This document shows, in pieces, positions 27,754-42,726 of a stretch of 64,000 bases of DNA. This DNA comes from Eledone cirrhosa (Eukaryota): contig OZ024743.1 in NCBI GenBank assembly GCA_964016885.1, forward strand, positions 312,232,001 through 312,296,000, read 5' to 3'. The stretch's first letter is position 1; each line of letters begins with the position of its first letter. Made by a program: the position numbers and the translations under genes. Under the pieces are notes generated by a model. It was not told the origin of the DNA. It worked only from the letters and a program-made list of their open reading frames with translations, and ran no database searches.

Positions 27754-30700
27754 GATAAATCTACCAAAATGTACGGTAGTGTCCAATCCGTATGAAGAAC
27801 TCAATGTAATCCGAATATCATGAAAAGAGAAGATGTATTAAAAAAAATTTTTTTCCGATGAAAAATACAGGAAAACAGAGTCAAGATAAATTAATAAAAA
27901 TAATGAATAAAAACAAAGAAACAGTTCCTTATATTAAAAAATTCATTATTTTACGATCGTTTCTAGGATATATATGTTTGTGTTGGTATGTATATCATAT
28001 AGATCTATGTAAAATTTTTACAAACTATCAGAGGGAATATACATACCTACACATATATATGCTGTCTTCAGAAATAATGATATTTGTTTATTGAAAAAAA
28101 CCAACAAAGATTTAAAATAATAGGTCTGTTTGGGAACAGGTTTTGAATTGACCAATAGGAAGGTAGTAAGTGGTCAAGATGGTAGAATAGTAGTAATAGA
28201 ACTTTAATTTAGGGGTAGAGGAAAGCAGATTTCAGTTTTGAATGAAAGAGTATGATGAATGAAAAGATTATTTTAGGGGTGAAAATAGGTCAAGTCGGTA
28301 AAAGGTACACGAAAAATTGATGTTATAAAAGAATAATGCTAATGTAAATATCTAAGGAGAATAAAATTTTACGTTAAATGTGTTAGTGAAAAATATCAAT
28401 CTTATTTAAAATATAAGGAATTTACATCTATAAAAAGAAAATAAATTAATTAAATTGATAGGTATATTTATATTGATAAATTTATATTAATTCATATAGA
28501 TATGATAAATAAGAGTTAGATGTAATTGAAGAGTGCTGTTAAAAACGAAGGGAAAATTAAAAAAATAATAATTATTATTATTGGGGGCGGGGGGTAAATT
28601 TATTAGTGAGAAATAACAAATTTATATAGATTATAAGGAACATAGAATCATAACCTGAAATTAAAATAGTTTATATGTATACTTATTGGTATAAATTTTA
28701 GGAAAAGATAGCCATAAAAGGGAAATAAAATTATGCAGTTCTGTAGTAGAATATTAATTATAGGTTAAGTAATTTAAAAAAAATGTTATTATAATAATTT
28801 CTAAGGTGTATATTAATTAGGTTTATAATATTTAAAAGTTCTTCTCAGTTTATGATTACATGATATAATTAATTCCTGTCGTTTATTTAATAGGATATCC
28901 TTAGATTTCATTATTTCAAAAAGTTCCTGGGAACATAATCTACATTCATATCTATTATTTTGATAAGGGGTGGCCCTTTTGAGCACACTCCAGGTCAGGT
29001 TATAATCTATATTCCTTTTTCTATAATTATTAATTATTTCAGCTAAAGATGTTGTATTAGCTAATGCGGCATTTTTAAAACTGTGTTTGTGAGTATTAAA
29101 TCTTACTTTAAATTGGTTAGAAGTAGCTCCTATATATGAATAAGTTGAGTCCTTAGTGTTAACTTTACATTTATATACTATGTTATTAATAAGGCAATTT
29201 CCTTTTAATGGGCAATTTGCTTTGTTTCTACAGTTACAACCTTTCGTGAATGCTGTATCAGAGGAGATAGTCAAATTAGGTGTGGAATTTTCACGACTTG
29301 TTGTATGTGAATGAGATGGTGGTTTACTGTGGTTTATTTTAGTATTATGGTTAGTTTGATGTATTGGTGGTATATTCATGTTTTTTTTTTACATGTATAT
29401 GCATTATAGGCACTTATATTTTGTTGTATATTTTTGGTTGTTGAGTAGGAGAATTTAACCGTTGATCTATTTAAAATTTGATGGTATTTGTGGTTTGGCG
29501 GGAAGTTTTTCTCTAGGATAGTAAAAAATCTTTTAGGTATATTATCTTTAATTTGTAGATTAAATGGAGCATTATACCAAGTAACTCGTCTATTACGGTT
29601 TCGATGTTGTGTATTATTTTTATAGGATGTATCCTGATGTTTATTAAGAGAATTATTATTAATGATTTTATTACACATACTTTTAGTTAGATTCATTGAT
29701 TTAGGTGTTTTAGCCTGTTTATTAGGAATTTTATTATTAACATATATTGGAGTATTAGGATGAATAGTTTTTTGAAAGTTACTATATTGTATATTAGAAG
29801 AGTTAGAGAAATTAAGTTTTATGTTGGTATTTTTGGGTATAGTGTGAGTGGCATTTAGGTGTGTATATTTCATTTGGTGTTTGTTGGTAATATTGGGTTG
29901 TATGTTTGTAGTGTTATTGGTACAAGGTATATATACTAATTTATTTTTGTGGCCACTTCTAGCTAAAGCTTCGTTATAAAAGGTCGCATTTATATCAAAT
30001 ACATCCTGGTTAGACGAAAGGTTAGAAATTCTGAGTGAGATATTATATGCTAGGTTTTTAAGGATAGATTTAGGGTGATTAGATTGTGAGTGTATGTAAT
30101 GTAAGTTTTGGTTAGGTTTATGGTAAGGTTGGTAGATACCCGTAGATAAGTCTAATGTTATATCAAGGAAATTAACTACTTTACTTGTGTTTTCAAATGT
30201 AATATCTAGACTATAATAGTCTTTGAGGAAAGTTCTAATAAGTTTTTTATTTTTTTCAATTTCTGATAGGCTAAGGTTATTGGAAAGAAGAAGACAGTCG
30301 TCACGATATAAACCACCTTTGAGGTGGGGAAAAGAAGCATTTATGTTAAATAGAAGAAAGAGGCCCACAAGATTGGTAATTTGGGCAGAATCACTTGAGC
30401 CCATAGTAATGTCGAATAGATTACTATATGTGTTTCTGGTCCAGTATTCTTTTTGAAATTCCAGTAGTGTTTGTCTAGCATGTGTGATAATATTAATGTC
30501 ATCCATAGTTAAGTTTGATCTATTTTTGGCAAATATCAAGGCTTTGTTCAGGAGTATAGGTGATATAGAGGAATAATAAGTATCTATATCGAATTGTAGA
30601 AATGAAGCAGAAGATTTATTTCTAATATTAGTAAACCAGTTAATTACCTGGGATGTGTTTTCCCAGAGTGGTAAATTAACATGTTTTATTAATTGTGGGA

Positions 30701-31400
30701 TGACTCTATCTAAAATATTTTTACTAATGATGCCAATATCAGATTTGGAAGGGCATATAAGCCTTATAGAAGGATTAGAGTTAAAGTTAGATTTGTGATC
30801 TTTCAGGTTAAAATGTGGTTTTTTCAGTGCCAAAGGTTCAGTTCTATCTTCAATATTAAGTCTATTTACTATGTTGTGTGTTTTGTTGTTGGTGTTGGTA
30901 AGTGCCGCATTGTTTGTTTATTTATAATTTTTCCTGAGTTCTTTATATATGAACTCATTGTAATTATCAATATCCATGTGATACAGATTTCCAGTTTTGT
31001 CAGAGTGGACATGGATTTTGTTAGATTTTTTTAGATCCAATAGAGTAGAATCAAGATCCTTTTGAAAATTAGATTTATACTTCTTAAATTTGAGGTGTTT
31101 GATGAAGTTAAAAAGGTCTTTCTCAAAGTTTTCAAGTAAGGAGTTGTGTGGTTGGTTTTTATATGTAGTGAAATCATATAAATATTTCTTATCAGTACAT
31201 TTTGTTTTTTTATCGAAGTGGTAGGCCCTCCATCTGACCCTTTTGATGAATTGGTTGGTTTTTTGTATCATAAGAAGTAAGAATTCATCCTTAGAAGGTA
31301 TTGGTATATTCTTTAAAGAAGTTCCCAAGTATTGTTTTTCCATTGTGATATGGATAATGGACAAGAAAAAGAGCTCAACTATATATATAGGGAGTTATAA
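27750..31400 (-). mobile_element. Near full-length Nematis-type PLE (RT and C-terminal GIY-YIG) with long 3' UTR/pLTR
   Basis: SLKNIPIP, SDKTGNLY, FDIDTYY, ITMGS, LYRDD, FLDITL, CNCR..CPL..NC, YIG, CRLC, LNKRQEL. One in-frame TAA at 30918-30920 and a frame break at the A10 run (29381-29390). Confidence 0.93.
27943..28080 (-). ncRNA. Type I hammerhead with ~100-nt stem II (second copy 33956-34093, plus)
   Basis: UCAUUAUUU-CUGAAGA-[long hairpin]-GAAA-CGAUCG-UA^AAAUAAUGA. 9-bp stem I and palindromic stem III. Confidence 0.8.
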
Positions 31401-31419
31401 AATTATATATATATATATA

Positions 31420-34143
31420 TAGCATGTGTGATAATATTATCACACATGCTAGACAAACACTACTGGAATTTCAAAAAGAATACTGGACCAGAAACACATA
31501 TAGTAATCTATTCGACATTACTACGGGCTCAAGTGATTCTGCCCAAATTACCAATCTTGTGGGCCTCTTTCTTCTATTTAACATAAATTCTTCTTTTCCC
31601 CACCTTAAAGGGGGTTTATATCGTGACGACTGTCTTCTTCTTTCCAATAACCTTAGCCTATCAGAAATTGAAAAAAATAAAAAACTTATTAGAACTTTCC
31701 TCAAAGACTATTATAGTCTAGATATTACATTTGAAAACACAAGTAAAGTAGTTAATTTCCTTGATATAACATTAGACTTATCTACGGGTATCTACTAACC
31801 TTGCCATAAACCTAACCAAAACTTACATTACATACACTCACAATCTAATCACCCTAAATCTATCCTTAAAAACCTAGCATATAATATCTCACTCAGAATT
31901 TCTAACCTTTCGTCTAACCAGGATGTATTTGATAAAAATGCGACCTTTTATAACGAAGCTTTAGCTAGAAGTGGCCACAAAAACAAATTAGTATATATAC
32001 CTTGTACCAATAACACTACAAACATACAACCCAATACTACCAACAAACACCAATGAAATATACACACCTAAATGCCACTCACACTATACCCAAAAATACC
32101 AACATAAAACTTAATTTCTCTAACTCTTCTAATATACAATATAGTAACTTTCAAAAAAAGTTAATATATGTTAATAATAAAATTCCTAATAAACAGGCTA
32201 AAACACCTAAATCAATGAATCTAACTAAAAGTATGTGTAATAAAATCATTAACAATAATTCTCTTAATAAACATCAGGATACATCCTATAAAAATAATAC
32301 ACAACATCGAAACCGTAATAGACGAGTTACTTGGTATAATGCTCCATTTAATCTACAAATTAAAGATAATATACCTAAAAGATTTTTTACTATCCTAGAG
32401 AAAAACTTCCCGCCAAACCACAAATACCATCAAATTTTAAATAGATCAACGGTTAAATTCTCCTACTCAACAACCAAAAATATACAACAAAATATAAGTG
32501 CCTATAATGCATATACATGTAAAAAAAAAACATGAATATACCACCAATACATCAAACTAACCATAATACTAAAATAAACCACAGTAAACCACCATCTCAT
32601 TCACATACAACAAGTCGTGAAAATTCCACACCTAATTTGACTATCTCCTCTGATACAGCATTCACGAAAGGTTGTAACTGTAGAAACAAAGCAAATTGCC
32701 CATTAAAAGGAAATTGCCTTATTAATAACATAGTATATAAATGTAAAGTTAACACTAAGGACTCAACTTATTCATATATAGGAGCTACTTCTAACCAATT
32801 TAAAGTAAGATTTAATACTCACAAACACAGTTTTAAAAATGCCGCATTAGCTAATACAACATCTTTAGCTGAAATAATTAATAATTATAGAAAAAGGAAT
32901 ATAGATTATAACCTGACCTGGAGTGTGCTCAAAAGGGCCACCCCTTATCAAAATAATAGATATGAATGTAGATTATGTTCCCAGGAACTTTTTGAAATAA
33001 TGAAATCTAAGGATATCCTATTAAATAAACGACAGGAATTAATTATATCATGTAATCATAAACTGAGAAGAACTTTTAAATATTATAAACCTAATTAATA
33101 TACACCTTAGAAATTATTATAATAACATTTTTTTAAAATTACTTAACCTATAATTAATATTCTACTACTAATGAACTGCATAATTTTATTTCCCTTTTAT
33201 GGCTATCTTTTCCTAAAATTTATACCAATAAGTATACATATAAACTATTTTAATTTCAGGTTATGATTCTATGTTCCTTATAATCTATATAAATTTGTTA
33301 TTTCTCACTAATAAATTTACCCCCCGCCCCCAATAATAATAATAATTATTTTTTTAATTTTCCCTTCGTTTTTAACAGCACTCTTCAATTACATCTAACT
33401 CTTATTTATCATATCTATATGAATTAATATAAATTTATCAATATAAATATATTTCGTTTCTGAATTTGTTTAGCAAGATTCTTTATCTGAAATCGTGTGT
33501 TGAAGTGAAACAACTGGTGCGTGTGTTTCTTATTGGCAACATGACCCTCCCAAAGTATAACAATATAAATATACCTATCAATTTAATTAATTTATTTTCT
33601 GTTTATAGATATAAATTCCTTATATTTTAAATAAGATTGATATTTTTCACTAACACATTTAACGTAAAATTTTATTCTCCTTAGATATTTACATTAGCAT
33701 TATTCTTTTATAACATCAATTTTTCGTGTACCTTTTACCGACTTGACCTATTTTCACCCCTAAAATAATCTTTTCATTCATCATACTCTTTCCATTCAAA
33801 ACTGAAATCTGCTTTCCTCTACCCCTAAATTAAAGTTCTATTACTACTATTCTACCATCTTGACCACTTACTACGTTTCTATTGGTCAATTCAAAACCTG
33901 TTCCCAAACAGACCTATTATATTAAATCTTTGTTGGTTTTTTCAATAAACAAATATCATTATTTCTGAAGACAGCATATATATGTGTAGGTATGTATATT
34001 CCCTCTGATAGTTTGTAAAAATTTTACATAGATCTATATAATATACATACCAACACAAACATATATATCCTAGAAACGATCGTAAAATGATGAATTTTTT
34101 AATATAAGGAACTGTTTGTTTTTATTCATTATTTTTATTAATT
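31420..34143 (+). mobile_element. 5'-truncated second copy of the same Nematis-type PLE, inverted relative to the first
   Basis: The 188-aa GIY-YIG ORF (32532-33098) is identical to 28813-29379. Starts with a perfect 32-bp palindrome at 31420-31451. TAA at 31796-31798. Confidence 0.93.
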
Positions 34144-34447
34144 TATATATATATATATATAGAGAGAGAGGGAAAGATGCTTTGTACGGCTTTTGGAGGA
34201 AGGAGTGACCAGCAGTACGTTGTTCTGTATTATTACGAAAAGGTGCAGCAGAGAATCCCGTGTGAACTAACAGTTCGGGAGGAAAATGCTTATCTCGAAC
34301 ATTCATTCGCCATCGTTCTTGTCAACGCTCCGTTTTTTGGTATTTGTTGGTCTACAGTTAGATGAATGGCGCACAAAGGGTTAATGTTTATTGGCAAGAA
34401 TTTTTTGAATAATAAAAGACGGGTTAAAGCAACCTACAATGTATCTG

Positions 34448-35281
<834 letters not shown>

Positions 35282-35475
35282 TATGAAAACAGGGAGAAAG
35301 AGACGAATATGAGGAAGAAAAATATATTTTTTTTTCCTTTTTATTGTCTCTCTCTCTTTTTTCTTGGTTAGAAAATGATTAAAACGAAATGTTTTACTTT
35401 GTGTGAAGTGTTAAGGTATTAGTTGATTTATTTACTATTTAACAATGGTATTTATTTATCTATTTATATATTTAA

Positions 35476-36400
35476 CTAGCAGTAAAGCCCGGCGTTGCTC
35501 GGGGTCGCTCAGTAGCTGTGTTAAAGTTACAATGTTAAGTTTCTTTCTTGGCTTAAAAACTGTAGTGTCTACTGTGCAGACTTGCATGTGGTGTTTTTGA
35601 TTAATATTCCCTCAACCAACAATATGCCTTATGAAGTTAAGAAAACATAACGATAACCCGAATGTTATAACAAAAGAGGATGCTGGGGATAGAAACTGCA
35701 CTGGTTATTTATTAACAAAGATCGAAAATGTAAACACTGCAACGCAGAGAAAAACATTAGCGTAACCAAATTATCAGTTATGTCTGTCTGCACGCCTATA
35801 TCACCTCTCTGCACGACTATCTGTCTGCACGCCTATATCACCTCTCTGCACGACTGTCTGTCTGCACGCCTATATCACCTCTCTGCACAACTGTCTGTCT
35901 GCACGCCTATATCACCTTTCTGCACGACTGTCTGTCTGCACGCGTATATCACCTCTCTGCACGACTGTCTGTCTGCACGCCTAACGACGAAATATTTGCT
36001 TGTTTTACGTAGTCTTTAAATAGACTTGTTTTCAAGTAAAAATATTGTTTTAAAATGCTTTTAAATGGAAATGAAGCAAAACGGAAGCTTAGTGTTCGAA
36101 CGTGTATTGTGTTAATGTCATTTTAAACGCTGAGAAAGCCAGCGTAATTTTTTACGTAAGACGCTCAATGTAAACAGAACAAAGGGAAATAACTGATAAC
36201 TTACGCTCAAAAATCGATACATTATATTCGATTTCGTCACATAGGGTGGGTCAATTTGAAATTGTTTTTTTTCCGATGTCTTCGCTAGGGCTCAATGTAC
36301 AAGTATAGCAATTTCGGTGCAATTCCGTGAGAGATTCTAAGAGGAGATGTGTGCCAAAAATCGATAGACAGACAGACAACCACAGTTTTATATATATAGA
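35476..36400 (-). mobile_element. Non-autonomous Helitron (8.4-kb family) nested in a PLE-like repeat
   Basis: TC...CTAG termini, inserted at A|T with no TSD. The empty site is visible at 61578/61579. Confidence 0.9.
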
Positions 36401-36408
36401 TTATTGTC

Positions 36409-36446
36409 TATTACCGGTTTCTGCATTTATATGCATTATCAAATGA
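36409..36446 (-). ncRNA. Hammerhead motif with U3-A8 core (second copy 61533-61570, plus)
   Basis: UUGAUAA-UGCAU-AUAA-AUGCA-GAAA-CCGG-UA. Stem I is short or bulged. Confidence 0.65.
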
Positions 36447-37071
36447 TAGTGAAATGTATTAGTGTGGTGTCGCACATGTTAAACAGAAAGAATAATGTTA
36501 TATACAAACAAGGTTTAAGAAGTGAAAAGAAAAAAAGAAAAAGGAAAAAAAACCGTGTATAATATGGAACGTAAAAATTCAATGTGGAAGAAAAGTTAAT
36601 ATTATTTACAAGCACAGTCATTGAAGTTAAGCAGTTCAAAATGTGTTAATATCGCAAGAGTGTTTAGCTGAACCATGGTTCCGTGAAGGAGGCAAATGGT
36701 GGACTGTGGTTTGATATGATTTCCCTTTTTAGAGAGTTAATATGCAGGGGGAAGTAATTCTTGCTGGGTGATATTTAATTTATTTAAGAAAAAGGATTAG
36801 GTAGGGTGTGAGGGAGGTAACTCTTGTAAATGTTTGATGGTTTGTTGCAGTTTTAGAAATTTCCGAATTTCAGGGCATTGAGTACTGGTTGAAATTTATT
36901 AATGAAATGTGTTTCCTTATTGGTGCGTTGGATTAAAGAAGCGTTGTCTATGAATTTGTAAATGGGGAACATTTTAAAGTTTGGAAGTTGGTTGAGAGCA
37001 CAATTGGCGATATGTTCACTAAATGCAATCTTTCTGTATTCCTGTATTTTAATCGTGTGCTTCCTCTCTCA

Positions 37072-37225
<154 letters not shown>

Positions 37226-37382
37226 GGATACTATTTATGGTTATGTATATACTAAAACTTTTTATAGTTATGTATATTTTAAACCCTAAACAGTGAAGGT
37301 CAGTAATTTATTACTACCTTATTACCAGTAAGATGAATAGCTCAATGTAATAACATCATTTGTTCTACAGAGCAGTTATATA

Positions 37383-38964
<1,582 letters not shown>

Positions 38965-38966
<2 letters not shown>

Positions 38967-39419
38967 GGAGGTGAGTTTTATTGAAGGACAATAAAACTAT
39001 GCATATATCGGACAAGTAGCACTCAACAGTTTATTAGACTGGAGTATATATAAGAAGAAATTAAAAGATGGTTAATAAAGTTCCATATATTTTATTATAC
39101 GCATTTCAAAAACAAATATCATCCTGGGACGATAGTTGCGTTCTCATCAGATAAAATAAGGTAACAGGATATGATGCCTAAAAAACACATGTGAACAAGG
39201 AAGTGTACATCAACATATGATAAATAAATATAAAAGGATATAGAAGATTGGAAAAAAAGGAAGGAAGAAGAAAAAGGGAAAAAGAAGGAGAAAATAACGC
39301 AGAAAAAATTTAAGAAGGAAGGAGGAGAGAGAAAGAGAAAGGAGAGAGAGACATTTAAACTGGAAACGCTGTCAAAACTGAAAAACAGCTGTGAATAACG
39401 GCTGGAAAAAAAAAAAAAA

Positions 39420-39453
<34 letters not shown>

Positions 39454-40850
39454 GGCTACTAAATAAATAAACTAAAAAATTGATGAGGTTTATGATATAT
39501 GATGTTTATGATTACAGATATAGAACCTAGGTATATTATTTATTTAGGGTTTATATACTAAAAGATTTATTAAGAGGTGTGAAAATGTATTATTAAAATA
39601 AAATAAAATAAGATAAAGTAAAGTAAAATAAAATTAAATGATTAATAAGCGTAGAAGACGATATAATGTCCTAGTGTGTTTAAATAGAATGTAATTGAAA
39701 AAATATTTCTGTGAAAAAGTATATATGTGTAGAAGGAAATAAATAAGGGTAGACCGATAATGTCAACAATTAAAAGTTTACTATTAAAAAATTACAGATT
39801 ATATATAAAAAAATTTATTATAGATTATATATAAAGGAATTATATATGTGGGAAAACTATTTAAATATTTAAATATTAAATTAATCCACAAGTAAATAAA
39901 GGAAAATGTTATAATTATTTAAGCGTAGAAAAAAGAAAAACATCTGACGTCATAATTTGTTTACAAAATCAACTAATGTTTATACTGATTAAATTGAAGT
40001 GATAAATGAGGAAAGAGAGCGGCTTAAAAAATATAATAATGAGAAAAAATAATATAAAGAAACATTAAATATGAACTATCTAAATAATATTTTGTATCAC
40101 CAAGTAGATAAAGGAATTTGCTAGAGTGATTTAAAAAGTAGAGGACCAAATAACGTCATAGTATGTTTAAGAACTTTGTAGAATGTACTGAAATATGCGA
40201 GAAAAAGGTATTTGTGTAAAAAACATATATATGTGTGAGAAAATTTTAAATCTTAACCATGGAATAAGATATAGGGTATTAGGTGTATACTTTGTGAAAT
40301 GACTTAAGAGATTTATGGATGCAGAGAGAAAATAAATCGGTGCGTCTATTTATTATAGGGTTGAAATTCGAGATAATGGTAAATTTTTCAGCTAGACATA
40401 AATTACAAGCCCTAGATATGGAAGCGTTAGAATATGGAGAAGCATTGCATATTTGACGCCAAGAAATTTTGTCATTCATGTTTTTGTCTTTTAAGGACCA
40501 GATGAGTTCTGAGAGTGCAGTGTTTGTTCTTTTAATTGGATATTTAAAAGAGGAAGAATGGTTATATAGTCTTGATTTAAAGGAAGTAGAAGTAGAGCCA
40601 ATGTAGGTATAAGAATTGGTACTAGTTAGCACCTTACATTCGTATACTAGATTTTTATCGAGACACAAATTATTAAGAGGACATTTAGTTCTATTAGGGC
40701 AGTTGCATTTACGATTAATGTGAACAGAGTTATTTGCAAGTGGCCCAGGATTATTTATAATAGGAATTGTAGTGGTGGAATTATCTAAAGGAGGTGCTAA
40801 TGTTTCCTGAGTTAGATTACTATTGAATTATCTTAATAATTGTCTATATA
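38965..40850 (-). mobile_element. Nematis-type PLE 3' part (GIY-YIG ORF 40279-~40800, 3' UTR, pLTR)
   Basis: CNCPNRTKCPLNNLCLDKNLVYECKV..YTYIG..RLYNH..CNLCLAEK..INRRTDLFSLCIH. Confidence 0.88.
39088..39158 (-). ncRNA. Type I hammerhead in a Nematis pLTR
   Basis: UAUUUUAU-CUGAUGA-GAACGCAACUAUCGUCC-CA-GGAUGAUAUUUGUUUUU-GAAA-UGCGUA-UA^AUAAAAUA. Confidence 0.8.
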
Positions 40851-41647
40851 AGCCTGTACACATACATGTGTACATAGACTCATACACATACACATACACA
40901 AACATGCTTACACACAAACACATTATGAGAATATTATGCATGAACACATCAATTACGTGTGTGTGTGTACACACACACACACATTTCACTCACAAAGTTG
41001 ATTTTTACATAAATATGAAAAAGTTTTACCAATAACCTTCATCGTTCTGTTAGTAATTAATATGCACTGAATACAATGTGTAACATATATATATAATTAT
41101 TTATGATTGATTTATTAATGAATATATATTTATATCTAAATCTGTTTATTGGAGATATTATTATCTAAATTAGGGCTAATGAGAGAGTGTAGGTCAGCCA
41201 GTACATATCTCCGTGGACCGGAGTACCAAAGAGGGCCTAATGTAATTTTGATGCCCTTTCCTCGTAAAATACACTAATTCCCATAGAAGTTTGAGAGAAG
41301 TTGGGAAGGTGGACATTAAACGATGATAATAATAATTGTTTCTACTTTTGGCACAAGGCCGGCAATTACTCAGTACATTACTGGTACTTTATTTTATCAA
41401 CCCCGTAAGGATGAAAGGCAAAGTTAAGTCGTCGGGATTTGAACTCAGATCATAAACGGCCGTAACTCTTTGCTGCAAAGCATGGCGTTCGACCCTCTAC
41501 CGATACGGCCACTCCACAATGATATATATATATATATATATATGAAAAACATGGGAAGAAAGAGGAAGACTGCGTGGTTGCACATGGGTTACATATGATA
41601 AAATTAGTCCCTCATCAGTGATTTGCCAACCATCATTGGTATTTCAT

Positions 41648-42172
<525 letters not shown>

Positions 42173-42184
42173 ATTAGAAAGTGA

Positions 42185-42225
<41 letters not shown>

Positions 42226-42503
42226 TCAGGTTATCAATAATGTAGTGATAATATATCGTTACGTTAGAGATGAACAGCGTACGTGCAGGTTTGTTCAACG
42301 AGTATATTCCGGAGAAAATGTAGAAAGGATGAATATAAAATGAAAGTGACAACTGATTATACATTTGCTATCGAATACTTGCTAACATTATATGATTACG
42401 CAAGCAGCGATACATAGGTATTCAGTCTGTTACAGAAACATATGTCAATACCTAATAAATTCCTTTTTAAAAAAAAGCACTTTCATTTTATATTCATCCT
42501 TTC

Positions 42504-42684
<181 letters not shown>

Positions 42685-42692
42685 TTCCTCCG

Positions 42693-42721
<29 letters not shown>

Positions 42722-42726
<5 letters not shown>

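Noticed and set aside
28813-29379. Stand-alone GIY-YIG homing endonuclease gene
   Set aside because: It is the C-terminal domain of the adjacent PLE RT.
30918-30920. In-frame stop as selenocysteine or readthrough, as in some Naiad PLEs
   Set aside because: The codon is TAA, not TGA, and the element has a C-terminal endonuclease. An ordinary nonsense mutation is more likely.
34005-34011. CTGATAG as a variant ribozyme core
   Set aside because: The canonical CUGAAGA 40 nt upstream gives a 9-bp stem I, so this string lies inside stem II.
34281-34331. Possible UUGACAA hammerhead on the minus strand
   Set aside because: GAGA instead of GAAA, and weak stems I and III. Too decayed to count.
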